Source of the DNA: Iphione sp. A-MEVVRFRX5
Taxonomy: Eukaryota
DNA: 64,000 nt
Assembly: GCA_976226885.1 (NCBI GenBank)
Contig: OZ320318.1
Location: 60,884,001 to 60,948,000, forward strand
Direction of reading: 5' to 3'
The translations under genes and the position numbers were made by a program. Under the pieces are notes generated by a model. The model had not been told where the DNA came from. It made no database searches and was given only the letters and a program-made list of their open reading frames with translations. This document shows, piece after piece, positions 14,297-26,200 of this stretch; the stretch's first letter is position 1, and each line of letters begins with the position of its first letter.

Positions 14297-17200
14297 CTAT
14301 CTGTCACTACCCCCTCCTCTCTCTCCCTCTTGCTGCTTGAGAGAGGAGCTGTACCAGCTGAGCTTGGGTCACAGCACCCTCCCACCCTGCCCCCCCCCCA
14401 CCTGGCAGCAGGGAAGTAGCAGCCAGACTGGCTGAGCTTGGGTCACAGCACCCTCCCACCCTGCTGCCAACCCTGCAGCCGGCCGATAGCTGCCAGACCA
14501 GCAGGTCACAAGCATCCTCCGGTCAAGCCAGACTCCCACCTTTATCCCTCCACTGTATCCCCCTGCTCCATCCTTGCTCTGCCGATGGTCAGCCCATCCA
14601 GGCTGCCACCATTATCCCTCATGATGTAACCCCCCTGCACCATCCCTGTTCCACCTGTACTTAGGCCAGTTTTTAGGTAACAGGTCTGATGTCGGCTCAT
14701 ATTTCAAAGAAAGGATTTACTACCTCACTACTGCTTGCATTAGTAGAGGTCATGTAAATGTCATCCAGTCTTGCATTAGTGGAGGTCATGTAAATGTCAT
14801 CCACTCTCACACAGCACAAGTGAATATGAACTCCACTGATTAAAGTGTTAAACAGTGGAAAAGATGAACGTGAGATATATAGTCAATCACTAACATGGAA
14901 AAACTTGACATGAGAGACATTTATTTACCAACATCAATCTTAAACTGAGTAATGAAAGAACTGGGAGATAAAATTAGCTAGTATTAAATAAAGACAGACT
15001 TACTTCGTATGTTCAATATTAGCAAACGTCCAATATAATTGTGGAATAAACGCTCGGGATTTAACTGTCAGTCCAAGCCATTTCTGAACAAAGATTGACC
15101 AACGAAGACAATAAGTAACACGTTTCAAAACCAAGATCGTGTATCATGTATATTCACGAAAATAACATAACTAGATTCCAATATAACGTTGATCATGGGC
15201 CCGTTCAGTGCTGTCATCACCTCACACGTACAGTACGTCCCTTTGAATAAAGCTTTATGTGTTTATGCTGTAATGACTCTCTGCATGAATTGGGTATATT
15301 TACGTGACTTACAAGCCACACTTTCATTCGTGATTTTATTCATAAGTATGTAATGCTTTAACCTGGAATGTATCATGTAGAAACAGGGACATTTAGTTGC
15401 AATGTCCAAACAAGAAGAAGTAATGTACAAGGAGTGTGATCACAATATGAAAATGACAAAGGATTTATTGTTTTCAGAGTAATCGACACTTAAAGGTATC
15501 CGTGATTGGTTATTTTGGTTTTCGTGATTGATATTTTCATGAATAGATCTACGTTGATATATCAAAATGGAGGTAAGCCAAAGACTCTAACCTGCTGTGC
15601 AAACAAATATACACATAGTTATATTCTATATAAGAGCCTTTGCATTTCTGTTATTCTACATTTATCGGTACTGGGTACAACAGACCGATCACGATGACTC
15701 CATAATTTCAACCATTTCTGCGCTCTGTGAGTTGCTGCTGCCCATTATATCTGACCCCGGCACGATTGGCGACCTACTTTGACCCTACCAGCCTTCTTGC
15801 CCAAGCAGAGCTAGCTTTAGGGGTCTGGCCTGGTGTTTTCTAGGGCATCATGTACTGCATGCGCCTCATCAGCTTTCTGATTTTTTTCCACGGTTTATAT
15901 ACACTGTATATCATATTCATTATATGCATATCGTTTATGCCAAAATAAAAAATACAAACGTCACAGAGGTCTAGCGTTGGTCAAATAGTAGCTAAATACA
16001 TCCCCAAAACACTCCTTGGTTTCGTTTTTACCGACCACAGATGATATGATTTGAAATATTGCATGATGTCTTTTACACACAACTAGCTAGTATCCAATTA
16101 ACCTGTAATGGTTGAGTTTTGGGAAACTGTTTCAACGAGTATTTTTTTTCCTTCAAATTCACAAATGAAACTCCATACATATCTGAGAAACAAAGCCAGA
16201 ATAGCACATCTCATCATTCTTCCGTGATAAATCGTACGGTCATCTTTCATGTATACCTAGACGACCACCATTTCTACATCATTCATAAAAATTAATCAGT
16301 ATCCAAAAATAAAACCTAATATAAAGGGATAAACAGCCATAGAATACCTTAAATTAATCCAAATGCTACGACTAGCAAGGAAACAAAGCACCACACAGAG
16401 ACATAACCATTTTTCGAATGATAACAAAATAAGGTTACTGTCCCTATAATCTAGCTGTACTAACACCTCCCATATATCACAAATTAGTACTTTGTCTTTC
16501 TATGACACCTTTCTGAAAAGCAAATATATTTTAGTAATTACAAAGTTCAACTCAGAACTTCAGTAATAGATCGACGACTGTGACATATGGTGCATCCCGC
16601 ATTGAACAAGCTACAATTTCCGAGAACAAAGCATGCGCTTATGCATGTAGCAGTAATGAATTAAAGAGAGGGGGGATATATTAAGCCAATATGCAGGTAT
16701 TTACGCACACGAGCATATTGCATAGTATGGAAGCATTCATATTAGTTACATTAACATAACAACTGGAAAAGTACATGTCTGACGTACGCACCTTTATCTG
16801 CCCGCATGCTATGGTTATGGCAGCTGCGACTGTAAAACTGTTGATTACAGGATAGGGAATGAAGTCGATAATAAAACCTGAAAAATGGAGACGTACATAC
16901 GATTCAGAATTCTTTAATGTGTGCGTACATAGCGATTATAACCGTGTTACACGTGTCATTGCAAACTGTTACTATCATCGACCTAACACTCTCAAGCATA
17001 TCCTCACTATGGAATAAACAACAGTGCGAAAGGAGGAGTTTTCAATGAGAGGTCTCACCTAGAGAGAAAATCCCCATGAGAAGCTGGAAGACTCCACACA
17101 TGAAGGTAAGTAGGATGCAGACTGGGACGCTACCGTGGCCGAATTCGGCGGTCATGAGTGACATAATGGCTGTAGGCCCGAGCGTGATGTCCTTGGACGT

Positions 17201-20200
17201 GCCAAGCAGGCAGTATACGAAGCAACCCATAAAGGCCGAATAAAGGCCGTACTGAAAGACATGAAGGGTCCAACAATCTAAGTCTTTTCTGTGTCACGAG
17301 GAGGAGGAAGGAGATAACTGGGTACGTAACATGTACAGTATAAGGAAGAACAACAGAAGTGTACGAACATGTTGTCAATGGAATAATTTATCCAAGAGGC
17401 AGTAACAGAAGGGTAAATTTGTCTTTGTCTCTGATTCTGGCTGTCTGTCTGTCTGTCTGTCTCTCTCTCTGTATCTGTATCTGTCCCTTACTTTGTCTGT
17501 CTGTCTCTCTCTCTTTCTGTCTCTCCCTCTTTCTGTCGGTCTGTCTNNNNNNNNNNNNNNNNNNNNNNNNNNNNNNNNNNNNNNNNNNNNNNNNNNNNNN
17601 NNNNNNNNNNNNNNNNNNNNNNNNNNNNNNNNNNNNNNNNNNNNNNNNNNNNNNNNNNNNNNNNNNNNNNNNNNNNNNNNNNNNNNNNNNNNNNNNNNNN
17701 NNNNNNNNNNNNNNNNNNNNNNNNNNNNNNNNATGATTAGGAAAGGAACCAACCTGGGGTGGTAATTCAGCGACCTGTGCATAAGCCAGACCTTGTGGAA
17801 TGACGGTGAGACCGACGGTGAGACCAGCAATAAGATCCCCTTGAAACTCAGGGCACCTGAAATAAAGTAAACCATCATGACCACCAGCACGAGCATTATC
17901 CACAGACGCTGTCCAGTACTAGACACAAATTTACTTAACTATCCGGTAATATGGTGTGAATAGAGTCCCTAAAAATAAGTTAAATTTAAACACGAATAAA
18001 AAAGGTCGATAGCCTTAAATGCCATAGATAGTCTCTGATGCTTGCCGGGCGTTGGAAGGTATTGCATCGCGCACTGCTCAGGAGTTACCTAAAGGGTCCT
18101 CATTATATTTACGGGCTCATGTGGGACTAGCACGCAGAGTGGGACAAGCCATATCTACTATGAAAGTATCGTTCTTCACTTCATGCTTCTTTTGTTTTGA
18201 AGCGAACACAGTGCCCACCTTTACAATTTGTCTGGGCAGCAAAGGCCGTTACGAATTCCTCATTATACCCAGCATCTGCCGATTTGGAAACCTGTTCCAG
18301 TGTATATTCAATAGACTCCCTCTGGGGCGACCACCAAGGGGACTGGATAAATATTGTCTAACTCGCGATCTTATCGCCCCCACTGACATATGACAATTTC
18401 ATATGAACGTCACCAGGAATGGTGATCTCACTTTTAACATTAACAAGTGCCTTTGTCACTTACCCCCTCTGACACCACAGGGGCGCAGACCTGTTTGTAA
18501 GCTACTCTTCCACAGACCAATGAGACTTGATGTAGTGACTGTACCTTCACCAATAATGGTTTGATTTTGATGAAACAAAATTAATTAGAAAGCGTACATA
18601 TATGCAACCATATGTATTGATATAGGGAAGAACGTGTGAAATTAATCAAAATATATTGTATCGTAATGTATAAGCAATTTGCTATAAAAAAGAAGGAAAT
18701 ATCAGATGATTAAAAACGTATTGCATCGTGTCGTACAACAACCATGTACTATGATAAATCGAAGTAGGTGAATATTAGAAGGATTGGAACGTGTGTAAAG
18801 ATACTGTCGCATCCCATCCCATCTCATCAAATGTAAATACAGTTAGACCCTGGTCATATATACAACTGCTGTATATTTTAAATCCCAGGTTAAATTAAAG
18901 TTTATAAAAAAAAAAGTGACTCAGGAGTATGCCGGTGTAGGTTTTATATGAGTTTATCTGAACAAAAATTAAAAAGATTACATGTAATCAAGAATAGGAA
19001 GCAATTTCTCTACACCAAACTGAAAGAGTGTCAGAGTTTTGTTCTGCTTTCTTTTATTCTGTTAACTACCTTAAAACATATGGTAGTATGAATTATTTCA
19101 AGAAAAGATTTAAATAACCTATGAAGAACAATGAATCGTGACGTTTAGAAAGAGTTTATACTAGTGAGTTCTTCACCCATGGCCTGATCTACTTTCAGGC
19201 AATGCTTTATTTATGTTGTGTAAACAGTACATTTACAATTGACTCATTGATTAAATCAGTTTCACCTTCTCAGCTAGACTGACTTCTTATTCCTTTGTAG
19301 TGGTGGCTGCCATCGTGTCTTGTGGAGTCTTTTTGTATAGAAACGTGGTCAGCAGCTCAGCAAGTAAATGAAGAAACTGCTCCCAATTCCTGTTTTTATC
19401 CCCTCCTGACGGGCAAGCATATAAGATCAAGCCAATGAGAGCACTCCTTCAGTGACATCTCATCCATGCTTTGAAGACAGTCCCAGCATGGAGAGGTGCG
19501 ACCTGATAACTTTGGGCTTCCCTCTTTCTTCACCTGTCTGAAGAGAGCCCCAGCCCCAGGTGGCGTGACCTGATGACTTTGGCCCTTCTCCTTTCTTCAC
19601 CATTTGAAGGGAGCCCCAGTCCTAGGAGGCATGACCTGATGACTTTGTGCCTCCCCTTTTGTTATTTATGTTAACCTGTTTGAAGAGTGTCCAGATCCAG
19701 GTGGTGTGAGCTGATGACTTTGGGTCTCCCCCTTTCTACCACTTGTTTGTAGAGAACCCAGCACTATGAGGCATGACCTAATGACTTTGGGCCTTCACCT
19801 TATTCACCTGTTTGAAGGGAACCCCAGCTCTAGGAGCCATGACCTGATGACTTTGAGCCTCCCCCTTTGTTCATCTATTTGAAGAGAGCCCCAGATCCAG
19901 GTGGTGTGACCTGATGACTTTTGGTTCCCCCCCCCTTCTTCACCTGTTTGATGAGAACCCAGCACTAGGAGGCATGACATGATGACTTTGGGCCTCCCCC
20001 TTTGTTCACCTGTTTGAAGGGACCCCCCACCCTAGGGGACATGACCTGATGACTGAGCCTCATCTGTTTGAGGAGAGCCCCATCCCTAGGAAGCCTGACC
20101 TGATGACTTCACAGCTGCCTTAGCACCTGCTGCTCCAGCCCCAGTATGGAGAGATGCAACCTCACAACTTCGCACCATCTTATGACTTGCTGCTCTAGCC

Positions 20201-23200
20201 CTATGCCTAGAGAGGCTATTCGGTTTTTGCTGCACTTTACTAAATGGTCTCAGGGTGTCCTGTTGGCTGTTTCTAGATCTGCCCCCCGATCTGGTCTCCC
20301 CCAGTCTGTTCTTATACAGGGAAATGTACAGGAGGCCATTCCATTCTAGGAGAATCTGGTCTCTGCCCCAGTCCTGTTTCCCCCGAGGTTTGGTCTTTAA
20401 CCTGAAGACTGCTGTATGTCCCATTGGTAGGGCAGATTCCACTTAGACGATGGTGGATAAGCATCTTGGATTTGCAGAGCTATAATTCACGTTAGTTAAG
20501 TCATCAGTCAGTTTCTGATATAAGTATGTACTGAGATATTCCATTTATTTAGTCCATGTTGTAGTATAGGAGATTCTGCTGAGAGCCCCCCCTTGAATGT
20601 TATGTTGAGTGTGAGATAATGCATCGATGCACAGACATAAAAATGATGGCAGGATAAATCATCTCAATAGCAGGACAAATCCACTAATAGGTTCTCTCCA
20701 AGGTTAAATCGGCTGCATGCAAGCGCTGAAGGCATTTGCTTTGGTGTTAAAAATGCATGCAGTCCTTCCCCATTTCCAGGCAAGAAAGACATAACCCTTG
20801 ATGTGTGCCCTTCATTCAGATTACAGTGTATACCTGTATCTTCTTTTTCTTGCAGGTCTGCCATGAACAGATTGAACAAATCTATCTGGCCGCAGCCTCT
20901 CCAGACATTTGCAGGTATTACTTGTATGTGCAAACCAAAAGTTGTCTATGGCTAGTGCCTTTCTTAGTAGATAGCAGAAACCACTGTCAGTTGGACTGTT
21001 TGTTTGACTTTATGACTATGCTGGCTGTTGCCTATAGTTTACCCATCGATTGGATAAAGTGATGAACATTCCATATTTATTTAGCTTTTCCTTTATTATT
21101 TTAAGTGATTCTCAATGCATTTAAGAAATTTCTCATACAATGCTTCTGGACGAAGTCAAATAAATTATAGGAATTACAGGACCACCACTCAACCTACTCA
21201 CAAACTATCTGATGAACAGAACACAAACCACCACAGTCAATGGTAAGACATTACAAATCATACATCATATCTGGAGTACCCCCAAGGCTCTGTTCTGGAG
21301 CCAATAATGTTTACACTGTACATAGGTCACCTTTGAACAGAAAGTAAATTTATGGTGAACATCATTACAGTATGTGTGCACATGATGCAGTCGTACTCTT
21401 TACCCTCAAAGACTTAAGTAAACGTATGTATAGACAATGCACAATCCACTCTCACTAAAATCTATAACTGGTTAACATTTGATTAATTGGCACTGAATAT
21501 TAGTAAAATCAAATATGTGGTCTTTAGGTCTTCAAGAAAGAACATACACTGCGCTAATCAAGACAGTTAATCATCAACTCTCATCACTGGATTTGATCAT
21601 TATATACCTAGACACCAGAACAAATCAAGGTCATACCAAGCCAACCCATAGGGTGCCAACGCGCATCTGAGTTGTACTTCCTGTTGTTGAGGGCCTGGGC
21701 ACAGGCAGTAAGTAAAAAACAAAAATATTGTTTTATAAACAGAAAATGACTTGAGTATCAGCTTTTCCCATAGTACTGACGGGAGACATGTATCCAGCTC
21801 TTTGAACTTCCCACTTCTCATACCAGAAACATGACTTACATGTAGTGGATGATGAAGCTGTGAGCTGCAATTTAGAGATCAGGCACCCTCAACCCCTATA
21901 CAATTGAGACGCATTAACCCAAGTACCTCCTTTACTTGAATTTTTGTATGGATTCAAGATATTCCGGTTACTGAAATTGCCACCTATGCGTCTCCTGGCA
22001 GGGAAAACTTGCATAATCCTTAATGTCTATAGAAAAGAAAGTATGTTGCTTCAACCTATGGCTTGTGCTGTTTCTCCCTTTAGGAGGTCATAGCCCCCAT
22101 CTCGTACGTGTATATGTTAGTTTTACCCATGATAAACATTCTAGCTTGTGTTTGTTCTACATTTACAAGGTCGCCGTCCATTTTTCACTTTTATGTAACA
22201 GTTGCTTTGTGTTGACTATAGACATCCTAATGCCAGGCATTTCCTTTGTTCTCCCTTGGCCAGTTAACTGCAATTATTTTCTATATAAACAAGAGTGTGG
22301 ACCTGTGAGGTCTATTGTCCCCCGCCATCAACTGCCTTGAGAGAGAGGGAGAGAGAAGGAGGGAGAGGGAGGGAGAGAGAGGGAGAGAGAGAGAGACAAT
22401 GTGTGTGTGTGTCTGTGTGTGTGTGTGGTGTCTCTCTCTCTTTACAACCACCTTGATTTGCAACTTGTTTTGGGGTTGGTTGGCTAGACTTGTCTAAATC
22501 CTTCAGGTTTACAACTCTCGGTTCTGCATGACTGAGCACAACACCCTTGGTTCTGCCTCACTGAGCACCAGACCTTTACAAACCTTTGGTTCTGCATGAG
22601 TGAGCACAGCACTCCTGGTTCTGCCTCACTGAGCACCAGACTGCTACATGCTGATAGTGGTAGAGGGGAGATATTGGTGAGTGTGTATGTGTATGGTCAG
22701 ACCTAGGAACCCCTGAACCAGGTATGTATGTTTGTAGGTGTGTTAGCACAAGAGTAAAATTGGTATAATTTCACCTTCAAAATACTTGGATTACTACCAG
22801 AATTACCCAGTGCCATGGTGCCATATATACCACTATCATATATTAAAATCAGTTCGTTTGATTGAAGGGTTTGAGACTTATAAGACCCACAAGAGTGTGA
22901 TGGATGGTCAGGACACCAGCCCATAGCATTCCTAATGTCCCCCCCCCCCCTCTATGAGGCGGGGGACAATTAAGTAAAAAATGGCTTGAAATGTACTCCA
23001 GTTGCAGATGATGAAATCCAGATACACAGTATAATTTATAGTGAAAATTGTTTCATCACTGACATTGAGTCTGGTTGATGTGATTCTCTGGTTGCGGGGT
23101 CTCCAGATGCCGAGGTCTGATTGTACATACATGCACACAGGCACACACACATTCACAGGCGTCCTCTGCTCACCCAGCTCATCCTGACCAAATTTCACAT

Positions 23201-26200
23201 AACAGCAATGGCACCACTTCTTGAATGAGCCCCGGTTTCCTTACGTGCGTGGCCATGCGTGCGTTGGAGTGCGGGAAATGCACCAATTTTACTGTCATGG
23301 TTATTTTAATGAGAGGTGTTCCTTACGTGCGTTGCTGTGCGTGTGCGTTGCTGTGCGTCGCCATGCGTGGCTGGTTTTCGGACCGTTCCCGTAAATTTCA
23401 CGCACACGCACAGCAATGCACTGGTATTTCCATCATTTTGACTGACTTTGACTGAATTTGACTGTCTTTTGACTGATGATACCGCACATTTCCACACAAT
23501 GACGTTTTTTTCCCGAATTTTTCCGCACATTTTTGCCGTTTTTTGGCCGAATTTGCATGAAATATGCGTTTTTCGGGACAATTTTCATGAAATTTGCCGT
23601 TCTTTGGACAAATTTGCATGAAATATGCGTTTTTCGGGACAATTTGCATGGAATTTGCCGTTTTTCGGCAGTTTTTTGCTGTTTTTTCATATTCTCTAGT
23701 CATATACGCACACAAACGCACGCATCAGTTGAGGACACCCCTGTGCGTTGCCGTACGGAAACCGGCCTAGACACCCCGTCCATGCGTTTTCCGCACTGAC
23801 ACGCACACGCATACCAACGGACGGCACCGCAGGTAAGGAAACCGGGCCTGAGGCAGTATCTGTGCGTGTGTGTGTGCGCGTGTGCATGCATGTGTGTGTG
23901 ATGAGAGTTTGTGTCAGAGGGAGGGTAGTAATCAAGGCCACCAACTAAAACAGGTGGCCAGCACAAAAACAACATTCCTCCCTTAGTCACGAACCTGCCC
24001 AAATTCACGACTGGCTTAGACTTCAAACAGCTTGGCACGTGAGCGGCACACGTTTTACATAGTGGAGGTCTCCCACCACCAACTGAAACATTATGAGTTG
24101 ATCTGACCTCCAGTGATTAATAGGTGGGATAAGCCGCATTACTTTTCCACTAAACTAGTCCTGTAAAATACATGTATATTGGACCTTTTCCTACTGGAAT
24201 CTGGAAGCAAATCAAGTGAAAAATGTTCAGCCTTCCTGCTAATCTAGCGGCTGGGGTACTCCTCAGGTAATCAAGGTATGTCTGATATCGGTCCTTTTTC
24301 ATAGGCCATTATCCGCGCATTTCCCTTAGTATAAGGAAATGAGCATCGAGGTTAGTGTCCACTTTGGAAACTACTACATTTGCTTTGATTCAAGATCATG
24401 ATATGGTCCGATACCTTCAAGGAGTCGCCTAAGGTCAGTTTATTGACGATTTCCCTCCCATTTACCCATATCGCTTTGGGCTGCTTGTTTTTACCTGCTG
24501 GAACAATGATTTCAAGCTCTTAGCAAAGTAATGATTATGAAGCTTTATTTTTTTTATACATCGCCTTCTAACAGGTCTAAAAGCTGGGCAAAGGTGGTGG
24601 AGAGGTCTCTGGATATGCTGCCCCCACTGCTACCAGCCACATCTCAAGCATCGACAGCTTCTTCGGTCTGCATACCCTACCTGGGATAGGGTAAACCCTC
24701 TCAAGCTGTTTTCCTGTCGCAAATGAGTAAAAGGCTGAGCAAGAATGATGCCAGGGTGTCAACAGTGACAATTTAGTGTGTCAGACTAATCTCCGCAAAC
24801 CACACCAAGAGAGTCAACCCTCGAAAGGTTGTTATTATCTTAGCCTTACTCGGCATGTAACTTTTCTAAAACTACCACATAGATTAGTCAGAAAGGAAAG
24901 TCCATAAAATTCATACCTCACCTGAAATATTAATATCAGATCCTCCAAACATAGGTAATGTTAAATATCAGTAAAAACTGTCATGACATTGTTTTGGATC
25001 TCACAAGGTGGAGATACCTTGGGTAATGGGAAAACATAATAAAATGTTACTTTTAAGAGTCCGTAAATTGAGGACGAAGGGTTTAGGCCTAGGCTCTAAC
25101 TTTTTGTGCGATAATCCAAGCCCGGCACCCGAGGCCGCAGGCCGAGGGTGCAAGGGCTTGGATTATCGCACAAAAAGTATAGAGCCTAGGCTTAAACACT
25201 GTTCTGACTACGACAATTTTATAAAAGAGGGTGAAATATTACCAAATTACTGCTTATCTTGGTAGAATTTTGTTGAGATGATGAGGCTTGTACGCCATTT
25301 TGGATTTGGATGTTTACTTTTGCATCGTGACTTTCTATTGGTCGTTTACCTTTTTATGGAAATATATTAAAATAAATGTGAAATTTGACAAATACAAGTC
25401 AAGAAACATTTAATAATTCAATTATTCAACAATTTATTCACATAAGGTGTACATTTATTAAGAATTTTCCAAAACGAGTATGTGCGAGCTGCATCTAATG
25501 CGCGTTTCCGGTTTACATGTTCATTTGCGCGCGAATTGAATATTAAAGACGCAGTTAGCGAAATTTGCTCCTGAGAACATACCAGCAACATCTTGTTCGA
25601 TATTTTTGTCAACTGTTGTGGAAGATGCTGTAGTTACTGATACAATGGACTTTGATGACGGAATTGTGGCTTTCTGCTCATCCGCATTGACAATTGCGGG
25701 CACAACACTTTCGGGATTGACTAAACATGAATCTGCCTTGCTTGCTTTATCTGCAACAACGGTTGCAGTCTTTCCGAAACTAGACAGGGTTTTGGACATA
25801 GATGCCTTCACATCTGAGGAACAACTTCCCAAATATGGAGCAAGTGAGTTAACATTTTTATGACCCGTTACTTCTTGTATTTTGGTCGGGGCAAAGCCAG
25901 CTCGGTCAAGGTTGGTTACTACCGTTGAGCGAATACAATGATTTGTGTATTTTTGTGAGAGACCACCATCTATACTCATATCCGACATCATACTGTATAA
26001 CTTGTTGCGACCCACAACCATATTGTCATACCAGCATGTCTGCTCATAACGATAAGGCCGTTTTGGCCGCTGAAAAAAATATGGATTCATTTCATTCAAT
26101 TTAGCCATGTATTTTTTGAAGCAAACCAAAGGGCACCTCCTAGGGTTCTCAGGTGTTGCATACATTCGTGTACTAACATCTTTCTCGTCTCGATTTAAAC

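Noticed and set aside
18052-18393. 113-aa plus-strand ORF near SLC26A11 exon 3
   Set aside because: No recognisable motif and no fit to either gene's exon chain.
24918-24927. cag|GTGAG|gtatg on the minus strand as a 5-nt microexon
   Set aside because: It would shift the SLC26A11 frame between exons 2 and 3, which already join in frame.
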